DNA of 63,561 bases, the filler included, from Deltaproteobacteria bacterium (GTDB taxonomy: Bacteria > JAUYMQ01), in NCBI GenBank assembly GCA_030698575.1. It is 10 parts of 10 records of this genome, joined end to end, with 100 filler letters (N's around TTAATTAATTAA, not from the genome) between each part and the next. Parts side by side here need not be neighbours in the genome. Positions count along the whole stretch, not along the records: positions 1 to 12,113 come from JAUYMQ010000080.1; 9 more parts are not named here. The stretch is one strand, 5' to 3'. The position numbers and the translations under genes are program-made. This document shows positions 1 to 11,855 of the stretch, one piece after another (the first letter of the stretch is position 1; the number at the start of each line of letters is the position of its first letter). The notes below the pieces were generated by a model that searched no databases, was not told the DNA's origin, and saw only the letters and a list, made by a program, of their open reading frames with translations.

Positions 1-2
1 TT

Positions 3-1211
3 CGCCGGCTTTGGGCCGCGGTTCGCGGCCACCCCCGGCCCGAGCCGATCACGGGCCCCATTGCTGTGAGACTCGCCCTTGAAACCCTGGGCCCCACCTA
101 CATCAAGTTCGGCCAGCTCGCGGCTTCTTCTTCAGGATTCCTTCCGGATCGCTACTCGATCGAGCTTTCAAAGCTGCTCGACGAGGTGCCGCCCGTTCCC
201 CTCACGGAGGTACGGCGTGTCATCGAGGAGGATCTCGGCGGCCCGCTCGAAACTTTCTACGCCGAATTCGATCCCACACCCCTGGCGGCCGCGAGCATCG
301 CGCAGGTTCACTGCGCGCGACTGCCGGATGGCGCTGAGGTCGTGGTCAAGGTCCAGCGGCTGGGCATTCGCGAGACCATCGAGCGCGACATGCACCACAT
401 GCGCATGCTCACCCGCACGCTCGAGGCGCTGATTCCCGTCGTGCGCCTCGCCCATCCCACGCGCCAGATCGAGGATCTGAAGATCCAGCTTCGCGAGGAG
501 CTGGATTTCGAGCTCGAGGCCTCGCACATGGAGCGCTTCGGCCAGATCCAGAAGGAGCTGGGAAACGAGATCATCGTCGTGCCGAAAGGGGTGCCTGCGC
601 TGATCAGCAAGCGGGTGCTGACCATGGAGCGGCTGCACGGAATCAAGCTGAGCGAGCTCGAGCGGGTCCGGCAGGAGGTTGAAAATCCCGAGGAGCTGAT
701 GATCCAGGCGGTTCGGGCCTGGATGCAGGCATTTGCCCTCTACGGCTTCTTTCATGGCGACGTCCACGCGGGCAACTTCATGCTCATGCCCGGGAGGCGG
801 GTCGGCTATCTCGATTTCGGGATCATGGGCAAGTTCGATGAGGCGTCACGCGAGAGGATCTTGCGCTACATGCGTGCCTTCGTGCGGGGCGACATCCACG
901 GTTTGCTCGAGCCACTGAAGGAGATGGGCGCCATCCCGGCCGAGGTCCGCATCGAGGACGTCGAGCACGACCTCGCCGATCTCTATGCACCATTCTTCAC
1001 CAGCGCCTACCGCGACATCCGGTACGAGGAGATCTTCCCCGCCTTCATGCGCAAGGCCGCCCAGCACGGGTGGGCGCTGCCCCGCGAGTTTAACCTGCTC
1101 ACCAAGCAGATGCTCTACTTCGACCGGTACGCCAAGGCCCTCGCCCCCGACGTGAACATGTTCATGGACCCCCGCGTGGTGAGCTTCCTCTACGAGACCG
1201 CCGCCGGCTGA
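3..1211 (+). CDS. ABC1/AarF/UbiB-family atypical protein kinase, 5' end runs off the window
   Basis: Motifs LGPTYIKFGQ, AAASIAQVH, VVVKVQR, FFHGDVHAGN and YLDFG; the frame is open from position 3, upstream of the listed ORF start at 66. Confidence 0.9.
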   Translation, partial: RRLWAAVRGHPRPEPITGPIAVRLALETLGPTYIKFGQLAASSSGFLPDRYSIELSKLLDEVPPVPLTEVRRVIEEDLGGPLETFYAEFDPTPLAAASIAQVHCARLPDGAEVVVKVQRLGIRETIERDMHHMRMLTRTLEALIPVVRLAHPTRQIEDLKIQLREELDFELEASHMERFGQIQKELGNEIIVVPKGVPALISKRVLTMERLHGIKLSELERVRQEVENPEELMIQAVRAWMQAFALYGFFHGDVHAGNFMLMPGRRVGYLDFGIMGKFDEASRERILRYMRAFVRGDIHGLLEPLKEMGAIPAEVRIEDVEHDLADLYAPFFTSAYRDIRYEEIFPAFMRKAAQHGWALPREFNLLTKQMLYFDRYAKALAPDVNMFMDPRVVSFLYETAAG

Positions 1212-1223
1212 GCGCCGTCCGCG

Positions 1224-1260
1224 TGTCATTGCGAGGAGCGAAGCGATGAAGCAATCCCCC
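1224..1260 (+). repeat. REP-like palindromic element, single arm
   Basis: TGTCATTGCGAGGAGCGAAGCGATGAAGCAATCCCC just after the stop codon; near-identical copies at 7057 (reverse), 24565 and 48028. Confidence 0.85.
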
Positions 1261-1271
1261 GTGCGCGGGTC

Positions 1272-1503
1272 TTGGTAGGTCCGCGCCCTTCCCGTGCTCG
1301 GCGGGCCCTGTCCCCGCGCGGCGCGACCGGGCGGCCCAGACTCCTCGCGCGCCAGGGAAGGTCGCGCGATTGTCGTCGGGAAGCTCCACCTTGATGGGCG
1401 ACTGGTCCCTGGCGCGCTTCGGGGACCGTCCGGTCGTGCAAACCCGCGCGGGGACTCCCGCCTGCGCGCGGGCAGGCCGCGGCCCTACCAAAGCGGACCT
1501 GCC
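1272..1503 (+). ncRNA. Candidate structured RNA or long irregular hairpin, family unknown
   Basis: Nested inverted repeats 1272-79/1484-91, 1300-05/1457-62, 1310-21/1444-55, 1322-34/1426-38, 1347-58/1406-17 and 1360-65/1398-1403; imperfect pairs read as G-U on the + strand. Confidence 0.5.
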
Positions 1504-1520
1504 CTATTGGGAAATCGAAT

Positions 1521-2342
1521 ATGCGCGTGACGGATGATCTGGGACGCACGCTCGACCTGCCGGACTTTCCGCGCCGGGTGGTTTCGCTCGTGCCGAGCGT
1601 CACGGAGACGCTCGCGGCCTTCGGTCTTAGCGAGCGGCTCGTGGGGGTGACCGACTGGTGCACGGAGCCGGCTGAGATGGTGGCCCGCCTGCCGCGGGTG
1701 GGGCACGTGGTGGCGCCGGACCCGGCGCGCGTGTCCGCGCTCGAGCCCGATCTCGTCGTCGCGAACGCGGAAGAAAACCGGGAGCACGCTGTCCGGAAGC
1801 TCGACGCGGCGGGCCTGCCGGTCTACGTGACCTTCCCGCGCACGGTCGAGGCGGCCATCTCCGGCCTTCAGACGCTCGCCGCGCTCACCGCCACGCGGGA
1901 AGCGGCCGCCGCCTACATCGTGGATGCAGCGGCCGCGCTTGCCGACGCCCGGCGCGTGGCGGCGACTCACAAGCCGGTTCCATTCTTTTGTCCGATCTGG
2001 AAATCACCCTGGATGACGACCAGTGATGACACCTACCTGGCGGATCTGTTGCGCACGGCCGGCGGTCGAAACGTGTTTGGGGCAGAGGCCAAGCGCTATC
2101 CGCAGACCACACTCATGGAAGCGCTCTCCCGCGCCCCGAGCGTCGCGCTGCTTCCCACGGAGCCCTATCCCTTCGCTGAGGGGGATCGCCTGGAAGTCGA
2201 GGCGGAGATGCCCGGGATAAGAGTTCATCTCGTGGACGGCGCGCTTGTGGCCTGGCATGGCATTCGCACCGGAGCCGCGCTCCGCGCTCTTGCTCGCCTG
2301 TTTGCCGGAGAGCCCGGCGCAGCGGCCCCGGAGCCGCGCTGA
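1521..2342 (+). CDS. Helical-backbone metal receptor (BtuF/TroA-like substrate-binding protein)
   Basis: TDDLGR, PRRVVSLVPSVTETL, LVGVTDWC, LEPDLVVANAEEN and LPTEPYPF; no obvious signal peptide. Confidence 0.85.
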   Translation: MRVTDDLGRTLDLPDFPRRVVSLVPSVTETLAAFGLSERLVGVTDWCTEPAEMVARLPRVGHVVAPDPARVSALEPDLVVANAEENREHAVRKLDAAGLPVYVTFPRTVEAAISGLQTLAALTATREAAAAYIVDAAAALADARRVAATHKPVPFFCPIWKSPWMTTSDDTYLADLLRTAGGRNVFGAEAKRYPQTTLMEALSRAPSVALLPTEPYPFAEGDRLEVEAEMPGIRVHLVDGALVAWHGIRTGAALRALARLFAGEPGAAAPEPR

Positions 2343-2354
2343 ACGGGTGATTTC

Positions 2355-2384
2355 TTTACAGAATCCCCTCCCCTGTGGTAGGTT
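2355..2384 (+). promoter_or_regulatory. Putative sigma-70 promoter of yebC-ruvCAB
   Basis: TTTACA-N18-TAGGTT with extended -10 TG, about 105 nt upstream of yebC. Confidence 0.4.
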
Positions 2385-2489
2385 TTTGCGACGCCCTGGC
2401 CGGCTCCGGCCCTTCGCTTCCCCCGCCCATCACCGGACCGGCCGCACCCGGCGATCATTGGTCCGTCACTGCAACCAGGGTTAGCCTTC

Positions 2490-3239
2490 ATGTCCGGTCA
2501 CTCCAAGTGGAGCACAATCAAACGCAAGAAAGGCGCCGCGGACGCCAAGCGCGGCGCCAAGTTCACCAAAATCGGCAAGGAGCTGATCACGGCTGCCCGC
2601 ATCGGCGGCGGCGATCCCGAGACGAACCCCAGGTTGCGGCTTGCGATCGACAAGGCCAAGGCCGTGAACATGCCCAAGGACAACATCGAGCGCGGCATCA
2701 AGAAGGGGTCCGGCGAGCTCGAGGGGGTCTCCTACGACGAGATGATCTACGAGGGCTATGGGCCCGGCGGCGCCGCGGTGCTACTCGACATCCTCACCGA
2801 CAACAAGAACAGGACGGCTGGGGAAATAAGGCACATCTTCACCAAGCAGGGGGGCAGCATGGGAGCCCCGAACAGTGTCGCCTGGATGTTCAGCAAGAAG
2901 GGGTACCTGGCCATCGAGAGCGGGTCGGCCGCGACCGAGGAGAAGATCATGGACGTCGCGCTCGAAGCGGGCGCCGAGGACGTCCGCGAGTCGGAGGGCG
3001 GCTGGGAGGTGATCACCGAGCCGCAGGACTATGAAAAGGTCAAGCAGGCGCTCGAGGCCGCGGGCCTCACCCTGGCTTCGGCCGAGCTGTCGATGGTCCC
3101 GCAATCGACCGTGACCCTCAAGGGGGACGAGGCGGACCACATGCTGCGGCTCATGTCGGCCTTCGAGGATCACGACGACGTGCAGAACGTCTACTCCAAT
3201 TTCGACATTCCCGATTCCGAAATGGAACGCCTGGCCTGA
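2490..3239 (+). CDS. yebC: YebC/PmpR family protein
   Basis: [38 protein letters not shown] and DDVQNVYSN; canonical position upstream of ruvCAB. Confidence 0.97.
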   Translation: MSGHSKWSTIKRKKGAADAKRGAKFTKIGKELITAARIGGGDPETNPRLRLAIDKAKAVNMPKDNIERGIKKGSGELEGVSYDEMIYEGYGPGGAAVLLDILTDNKNRTAGEIRHIFTKQGGSMGAPNSVAWMFSKKGYLAIESGSAATEEKIMDVALEAGAEDVRESEGGWEVITEPQDYEKVKQALEAAGLTLASAELSMVPQSTVTLKGDEADHMLRLMSAFEDHDDVQNVYSNFDIPDSEMERLA

Positions 3240-3266
3240 TCCGCGAACGCGAGGGGGGGACCCGGG

Positions 3267-3809
3267 ATGGCGGCCACTATCGCGGCCACGGCTGCGGCAA
3301 GGTACCGGGTGCTCGGCGTCGATCCCGGATCCCGCATTACGGGGTACGGGGTTGTCGATGTCCGCGGCGGCCGGCTCACCCACGTCGACAGCGGCGTCAT
3401 TTCCATCGACTTCCGGTCGCCGATCGAAGCGCGGCTTCTCAACGTGTTTGACCAGCTGAGCGCGCTCATCGCGCGCCATTCCCCCGATCTCGTTTCGATC
3501 GAAGACCTCTTCCACGCGCGCAACGTGCGCTCGGCCATCACCCTCGGCCAGGCGAGGGGAGCGGCGCTCCTGGCCGCTTCGAGGGCCGGGCTGCCCGTCC
3601 GCAGCTACGCCCCGGCCGAGATCAAGCTGACCGTGGCGGGCAGCGGCCGCGCGGAGAAGGGGCAGATCCAGCAGATGGTGCGCGCCATCCTGGCCCTCGA
3701 CGGAGCTCCCGGGCCGGATGCCGCCGACGCCCTTGCCGCGGCCATCTGCCATGCGCAGCGCCGTCAACTCGAGACGCGAATCGACGGCGCGGTGCGGAGG
3801 GCCAGATGA
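3267..3809 (+). CDS. ruvC: Crossover junction endodeoxyribonuclease RuvC
   Basis: VLGVDPGSRITGYG, IEDLF, LGQARG, GSGRAEK and DAADALA. Confidence 0.97.
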   Translation: MAATIAATAAARYRVLGVDPGSRITGYGVVDVRGGRLTHVDSGVISIDFRSPIEARLLNVFDQLSALIARHSPDLVSIEDLFHARNVRSAITLGQARGAALLAASRAGLPVRSYAPAEIKLTVAGSGRAEKGQIQQMVRAILALDGAPGPDAADALAAAICHAQRRQLETRIDGAVRRAR

Positions 3810-4426
3810 TCGGAGGGCTCAGGGGACGCCTGGCGACGAAGAGCCCGGAGCGGCTCCTGGTGGATGTCGGCGGCGTGGGCTACGAGGTCCGCGTGTCGCT
3901 CTCGACCTTCACGGAACTTCCCGAGGCGGGGGTTCAGGTCGACATTCTCACGCACACGCATGTGCGGGAGGATGCGATTGTCCTCTACGGTTTCCTGACG
4001 CCGCTCGAGCGTGAGGTGTTCCGGCTTCTCATCGGCGTGAGCGGGATCGGGCCACGGCTTGCCCTCAATCTCCTCTCCGGCCTCTCTGCGCCGGAGCTGG
4101 TCCGCACGATCATCAAGGGGAACGCGGGGCCCATCTTCGCGGTGCCGGGTGTGGGAAAGAAGACGGCCGACCGGCTGATCATCGATCTCCGCGATCGGAT
4201 GCTGAAGCTCGAGGCGGCCATTCCCGGCGATGCGGGCACCGGGGCCGCCACAACGCCGGATGGGAGCGACGCCGATCTCGAGGATATTCTCTCGGCCTTG
4301 ACGAACCTCGGATACCGGCAGGCGCAGGCCGAGAAAGCGCTCAAGGAATCGCGCGAGGCGATGCCGGAGGCGCCGATCGAGGGGCTGCTCCGGGAAAGTC
4401 TCCGGCGACTGGCCGGCCTGGGCTGA
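3806..4426 (+). CDS. ruvA: Holliday junction branch migration protein RuvA
   Basis: [36 protein letters not shown] and ALTNLGY; ATGA overlap with ruvC. Confidence 0.97.
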   Translation: MIGGLRGRLATKSPERLLVDVGGVGYEVRVSLSTFTELPEAGVQVDILTHTHVREDAIVLYGFLTPLEREVFRLLIGVSGIGPRLALNLLSGLSAPELVRTIIKGNAGPIFAVPGVGKKTADRLIIDLRDRMLKLEAAIPGDAGTGAATTPDGSDADLEDILSALTNLGYRQAQAEKALKESREAMPEAPIEGLLRESLRRLAGLG

Positions 4427-4446
4427 CGGCAGGGGAGGGGAAACAA

Positions 4447-5505
<1,059 letters not shown>

Positions 5506-5519
5506 GCGTAGCGGACTAG

Positions 5520-7032
5520 GAGCCTGTCCGAGTAACGAAGCAGGCGAAAGTGATTGAGGGGTTCATGGATTTTTCTACTGCGCCGAATGCGATTCGAGAT
5601 GATTGGACGTCGCGGATTCGGTCTGCCGCGATCGCCCGACGGCTCTGGAGGGGGTCCGTCCTCCCCACGCGGGCTTCACGCGTTTGCCCCAGCAGCGAGC
5701 AGCTTGAGGACGTTATGCGCGGTGCACACCAGCGCCCATTCCTCCCTCACCTTGACCCGTCCGCGTCTCAGGAATTGCCGGAAGCCTCGGGCGTGCTTGA
5801 TCTGTCCGAACACCGGTTCCACGATCACTTTGCGCCGGCTGTACACCTTCCTTCCGGCCATCGTTCGAAGCGTGCGCGCCATCCGCTCCCGAAGCGACAA
5901 CCCCTCGGGCGGCCTCCCGCGTGGCGCCGGCAGAAAGCGCTCCCCGTGCTTTTGCCTGCCCGTGGCGATATAGGGCTCAATCCCCTTCTTCTTAAGCGTC
6001 TTCACGTTATTTTCGGACCAGTACCCGGCGTCCCCCAGCAGGGCCTTGGGCTTGCGCCTGAGCACCCGCTGGATCGCAACCACCGCCGGCTCCAGCTCCT
6101 GCACGTCGGGGGCCGCCGGGGTGACGTGCTGAGAAACGATGATCTGGCGGTGCGCGTCCACCGCAATCTGCGCGTTGTAGCCCTGGATGAACCCGTCGGA
6201 TGTCTTCTGTATCCGGGACTCCGGATCGGTGAAGTTACGTTGCGCCTTGTCCGCCGGACGAGCCGCCTCGGGGTCCTTCCCTTCGGCGGCCGCCTTCTCC
6301 CGCGCCTCCGCCTCAAGCGCCGCCCTGGCCTCCTGGATCTTCTTCAGCCTCGTCTCTCGCCGTGCGAACTCCTCGGGCAACTCATCTCCGCGTCGATTGC
6401 GGCCATAACGCCGGTCCTCTTCCTCGTCCACTTCGTCCGCACGGCGCATCATCGCCTCCACTTCCCGGCGCAGCGCCGCCTCCTTCTCCTTCATTCGCCC
6501 GTAGCTCATCGCCTTGTGCTTGGAGGCGTTGGCCTTGATCTTCGTCCCATCCAGCGCCACCCGCCCCAGCTTCACCAGCCCCGCGCGACGGCACAGCCGC
6601 AGCACCTGCTCGAACAGCCCCGACAGCGTCGCCCCGTGGCGCCTGCGGAAATCGCTGATCGTGCGGAAATCCGGCTCATTGCCCGCCGCCAGGAAGCGGA
6701 AGGCCACGCTGTCCACGAGCTTTGCGGCGATCCGGCGCGAGGAGTACGTGCCCGTGCAGTACCCGTACAGCAGGAGCTTGACCATCATCCGAGGATGGTA
6801 GGGCGGGTAGCCCCGCTCCTCCTCGTAGGCGCCCTCGATGGCCGACAGATCCAGCGTATCGACCAGGTCACTCACACCGCGCGCCAGGTGGCCCTCCGGC
6901 ACCCAATCCGACAGGGCAGGAGGCAGCAACAACGTCTGATCCGGGTCGTAGGGTCGGAATGTTTTAGCCATACCGCCAAGAATCACAGGCCCTGATCGGG
7001 GTCAAGCAAAAAGTGATTACTCGGACACACTC
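5520..7032 (-). mobile_element. IS1182-family insertion sequence, apparently complete
   Basis: Terminal inverted repeats GAGCCTGTCCGAGTAA (5520-35) and TTACTCGGACACACTC (7017-32), 14/16 match; CTAG direct repeats at 5516-19 and 7033-36; single transposase. Confidence 0.92.
5676..6971 (-). CDS. IS1182-family DDE transposase
   Basis: GYPPYHPRMMVKLLLYGY, SSRRIA, PDFRTISDFR, LDGTKIKANAS, GYNAQ, DAGY and VEPVFGQIK. Confidence 0.95.
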   Translation of the reverse strand: MAKTFRPYDPDQTLLLPPALSDWVPEGHLARGVSDLVDTLDLSAIEGAYEEERGYPPYHPRMMVKLLLYGYCTGTYSSRRIAAKLVDSVAFRFLAAGNEPDFRTISDFRRRHGATLSGLFEQVLRLCRRAGLVKLGRVALDGTKIKANASKHKAMSYGRMKEKEAALRREVEAMMRRADEVDEEEDRRYGRNRRGDELPEEFARRETRLKKIQEARAALEAEAREKAAAEGKDPEAARPADKAQRNFTDPESRIQKTSDGFIQGYNAQIAVDAHRQIIVSQHVTPAAPDVQELEPAVVAIQRVLRRKPKALLGDAGYWSENNVKTLKKKGIEPYIATGRQKHGERFLPAPRGRPPEGLSLRERMARTLRTMAGRKVYSRRKVIVEPVFGQIKHARGFRQFLRRGRVKVREEWALVCTAHNVLKLLAAGANA

Positions 7033-7056
7033 CTAGGCAGTCGTGGCGTCAGCCGG

Positions 7057-7092
7057 GGGGATTGCTTCGTCGCTCCGCTCCTCGCAATGACA
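7057..7092 (-). repeat. REP-like palindromic element, single arm in reverse orientation
   Basis: Reverse complement is TGTCATTGCGAGGAGCGGAGCGACGAAGCAATCCCC. Confidence 0.85.
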
Positions 7093-7128
7093 TGCGAAAG
7101 GCGCGGGCGGCGCGGCGGGGAGGAAAGC

Positions 7129-7443
7129 ATGGCGTTCGTCAAGGCCGCCGAGGCGGCAGCCATCCCCAGCGGCGAGGGGATTGTGGTGGAGGTCGAGGGG
7201 AAGAAGATCGCACTGTTCAACTGCGACGGAAATTATTTCGCGACGGACAACACCTGCGTGCACCGCGGCGGCCCTCTGGGAGAAGGGTTGGTGGAGGGAA
7301 CAACCGTCATCTGTCCGCGGCACGGCTGGGAGTTCGACGTTTCTTCAGGCGCCTGCCTCACAAACCGCAAAGCCAGGATCGGTGTCTATCCGACGAAGGT
7401 CGAGGGAGAAGACCTCCTGGTCGACGTGAGCGCCGGTTCATAG
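7129..7443 (+). CDS. Rieske [2Fe-2S] ferredoxin (NirD/oxygenase ferredoxin-like)
   Basis: CVHRGGPL and CPRHGWEFD Rieske ligands; GGGAGGA RBS. Confidence 0.92.
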   Translation: MAFVKAAEAAAIPSGEGIVVEVEGKKIALFNCDGNYFATDNTCVHRGGPLGEGLVEGTTVICPRHGWEFDVSSGACLTNRKARIGVYPTKVEGEDLLVDVSAGS

Positions 7444-7476
7444 CCCCGGTTCATCATTCTCACACGTCATTCAAGT

Positions 7477-8547
7477 TCACTGGCCCGATGCCTGCGCGAA
7501 GAAGGTCTCGTTGACCTGGGAGATTTCCGACGTGATCTGCCCGAGGAGGTCGTTTACGAGCGCCTCGCGGGTGACCAGAACGGCGCTCCGGATGGCGCGC
7601 GCGTTGCTCCGGCCGTGCGCCTTCACGACGAGCTTCTCGAATCCCAGGATCGGCGCGCCGCCGTACTCGGCGAAATCGGTCTTGCGCACGAGCGCCGCGA
7701 GCGCCGGGCGGAGCAGCCGGATCCCGAGCCCCCAGAGGAAGTTCGCGCGCCCCGCCTCGCGCGCGAGATCGATCGCGGCCGACGCGACTCCCTCGTACAT
7801 TTTGAGCACGACGTTTCCGGTGAACCCGTCGCAGACGACGACATCGACGCCTCCCGCCGGCACGTCCTTTCCCTCGACGTTGCCCACGAAGTCGATCCCC
7901 CGCATTTTCACGAGGATCTGATAGGCTGCGCGGAGGGTCTCGTCGCCCTTCGTCGCTTCCTCACCGATGTTGAGCAATCCCACCCGCGGTGTCTCGACGC
8001 CGAGGGCCGCCCGGAGATAGGCGGCCCCCATCGTGGCGAAATGCGAGAGCTGCTGGGGCGAGACATGCAGGGTGGCGCCGACGTCGATGAGAAGGACGAA
8101 CCCGCGGTCGCCGGCCGCCCGCCGGCGGGTGGGGACCAGGGCGGCCAGCCCCGACCGGGCCGTTCCGGGGATCATCGGGACGTGTCTGGCTGCGCCCAGA
8201 ACCAGCGCCCCGGTGCTGCCGGCGCTCACGAGCGCGTCGGCTTCATTGCGGCCCAGGAATTCGGCGCCCACCAGAACGGACGCGCGCCGCTTCTGAAGAA
8301 CGGCCTCCTTCGGCGGCTCGTCCATCGCAATAAACTCCTCGGTGTGGACGATGTCGACGCGGCTGAGAGGGGGTTTGTGGCGGGCGATGAGAGGCGCCAG
8401 CGCCCGCTCGTTGCCGATAAGGAGGCAACGAAAACCGTCCGCCTCGCGCAGCGCCTCGGCAACCCCCCGGACAACCGCCTCGGGTGCGTGATCGCCGCCC
8501 ATGGCGTCGACCGCGATTCTCAGATCGTGGAGCGCGAGTGGATCCAT
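7477..8547 (-). CDS. plsX: Phosphate acyltransferase PlsX
   Basis: IAVDAMGGDHAP, SAGSTGA, LLNIGEE, GNVEG, DGFTGNV, YGGAPILG and KAHGRS. Confidence 0.93.
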   Translation of the reverse strand: MDPLALHDLRIAVDAMGGDHAPEAVVRGVAEALREADGFRCLLIGNERALAPLIARHKPPLSRVDIVHTEEFIAMDEPPKEAVLQKRRASVLVGAEFLGRNEADALVSAGSTGALVLGAARHVPMIPGTARSGLAALVPTRRRAAGDRGFVLLIDVGATLHVSPQQLSHFATMGAAYLRAALGVETPRVGLLNIGEEATKGDETLRAAYQILVKMRGIDFVGNVEGKDVPAGGVDVVVCDGFTGNVVLKMYEGVASAAIDLAREAGRANFLWGLGIRLLRPALAALVRKTDFAEYGGAPILGFEKLVVKAHGRSNARAIRSAVLVTREALVNDLLGQITSEISQVNETFFAQASGQ

Positions 8548-8603
8548 CACTTCAGGATGCGACGCGCTGGCGGGCCCTGTCAATCGCCAAGGGCCGTTCT
8601 GAA

Positions 8604-8631
8604 TTGATTGAAGTGATTGCAATGATTGCAA
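8604..8631. promoter_or_regulatory. Three 9-bp tandem repeats in the divergent plsX/cstA intergenic region, candidate operator
   Basis: TTGATTGAA GTGATTGCA ATGATTGCA, containing the ATTGCAAT palindrome; AT-rich patch in a GC-rich background. Confidence 0.45.
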
Positions 8632-8662
8632 CGGGTATCTCCCCGGAAAGGAATCCGCTCCG

Positions 8663-10341
<1,679 letters not shown>

Positions 10342-10430
10342 AAGTTCCGGGCGGAGTATGCTAGGGAGACACCGGAGATTGACGGCCCTTCAGGGTCCGG
10401 AAAAGGATTAAAACAAACCGAAATATATTG

Positions 10431-10460
10431 TTTACAAGGTTTTGTGTCTCCGCCTATACT
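10431..10460 (+). promoter_or_regulatory. Putative sigma-70 promoter
   Basis: TTTACA-N18-TATACT preceded by an AT-rich tract. Confidence 0.55.
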
Positions 10461-10674
10461 CCCCGGCCGGGATAGATGGGGGTTGAGGCGCCGGCCCGAG
10501 GCCTTCGCCATGCGGAAGCGCGGGCACTCCCCCGATTAAGGAAGGGTAGAGCGCCCACCCGATAGGGCCGGAGAGGTTCAGTGAGGGTTTAGGAGCGCCG
10601 TGGGCGCTTCGCAAACGCCCCTTTTGGGAAGTGCCACAGGGGCGCTCCCCCGAGGGCTGAGTTCGGAGGTTTCC

Positions 10675-11055
10675 ATGTCATCTTCCTGGCTGACTCGCGC
10701 CCTGCTCGTCGTCGGAATGGCCGCAACGCTGCTGATCGCTACGGGCGAACGTGCCTATGCGATGGACACCTATGTTATCCCGGAGGACAAGGATCTGTCC
10801 GTCAAGGTGGCCACGAAGCTCTCCCGCGGCATCATCAACGTGGGCACCAGCGTCCTCGAGATCCCGAAGAAGGCCTACATCGAAAGCAGCCGCTCCGATC
10901 AGTGGATCGAGACCCTGGGCCGGCTTAGCGCGGGCGTGCTCATCGGCGCGGGCCGCACAGTGATCAGGGCCGGTGCGGGCGCGTTCGACATCATCACCTT
11001 CCCGTTCGATATCAACGACTACGAGCCGATCCTGGAACCGGAATACGTATTCTGA
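10675..11055 (+). CDS. Exosortase system-associated protein, TIGR04073-like, exported
   Basis: Signal peptide ending AYA; KLSRGIIN, EIP, RAGAGAFDIITFP and YEPILEPEYVF pattern; GGAGGT RBS. Confidence 0.75.
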   Translation: MSSSWLTRALLVVGMAATLLIATGERAYAMDTYVIPEDKDLSVKVATKLSRGIINVGTSVLEIPKKAYIESSRSDQWIETLGRLSAGVLIGAGRTVIRAGAGAFDIITFPFDINDYEPILEPEYVF

Positions 11056-11426
11056 GAGGTTTGCGGCGGACCCGGCCCCGTCCGCCTTCAAGCCCGCCGG
11101 TCTCCGCAGCGAATTCGGAAAGGGCCTAGGGGGTTTCGAGGGGGCGCCCAGGCTGCACCGGGGGTGCCTGCCGTTCGGCTTTGGCCCTGTCCGATCGGGG
11201 ACTTGCATGTTCCCGGAGGGCTGACGATAGTCACGCCTCGGGTAACACTGCTCGGAACGCGGCGATCCGAGCACCGGTAGCTCTAAGTGACTGAAATAGG
11301 GCTTATTTTTCTTGGAAACCCAGATTCGAGACGGAGTGAGGGCCGACGCCCTAAAAAGTGTAAGGGACTTCTCTCGAAGCTGGCCGGAATGGGAAGGAAT
11401 AGCGAGAAAAGTCTGCTTTGGGACTG

Positions 11427-11458
11427 GAAAGCCCCGCAATGTGGGGTTTTCATCTCTT
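11427..11458 (+). terminator. Hairpin, possible intrinsic terminator or operator
   Basis: GAAAGCCCCGC-AAT-GTGGGGTTTTC followed by a pyrimidine-rich tail. Confidence 0.35.
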
Positions 11459-11478
11459 GCGGACCCGGCACCCGGCAA

Positions 11479-11495
11479 TTGGCACCGAGCTTGCA
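11479..11495 (+). promoter_or_regulatory. Sigma-54 (-24/-12) promoter of the flp pilin genes
   Basis: TTGGCAC-CGAGC-TTGCA, exact consensus spacing, 50 nt upstream of the pilin ATG. Confidence 0.8.
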
Positions 11496-11544
11496 GTGAT
11501 CCCACAGTACCGCAGGCGAAACGTATCCTGTGAGGAGGGTCACT

Positions 11545-11724
11545 ATGAACGGCGATAGGCGCGTCTCGCGCTGGAAGCGCGAAGACGGGGTCACCAGTAT
11601 GGAGTACGGTCTCATAGGCCTGCTCATTGCGATCGTTATCATCGTGGCTTTAACCAATATCGGGGTCAGCCTCGACGGCTTCTTCAATGCCGTGCAGCAA
11701 GGTTTCGCGTCAGCGGGCAACTGA
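11545..11724 (+). CDS. flp: Flp family type IVb pilin
   Basis: REDG|VTSMEYGLI prepilin cleavage and Flp motif followed by a hydrophobic helix; GAGGAGG RBS. Confidence 0.9.
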   Translation: MNGDRRVSRWKREDGVTSMEYGLIGLLIAIVIIVALTNIGVSLDGFFNAVQQGFASAGN

Positions 11725-11855
11725 GTCATGCTCGGTTGATTCACGTGGGTGAAGGCCCGAAATCCCCGGGCGGCCGTGTGGCCGGTCCAGGTGTCGAGGG
11801 TCCCAAGCGCGGCCATCCCCCCCGGGTACGCCGCAGAGAAGCAGAAAGGAGCATC

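Noticed and set aside
1272..1503. SRP RNA or 6S RNA
   Set aside because: The SRP helix-8 CAGG-CC-GGAA-GG-AGCAG motif is absent on both strands, and the gene context and small central bubble do not fit typical ssrS; not excluded without a covariance search
1272..1520. Canonical cobalamin riboswitch upstream of the BtuF-like gene
   Set aside because: Fragments such as AGGGAA, GGGAAG and GACCTGCC occur, but the GGTG-AA-TCC and GCCACTG elements are not in the expected order, and the region folds as one rod
5550..6995. 481-aa plus-strand ORF inside the IS, and other long antisense ORFs (e.g. 3985-5460, 25728-27728, 36129-37502, 51180-52682)
   Set aside because: Shadow frames of well-supported genes in high-GC DNA with no recognisable motifs
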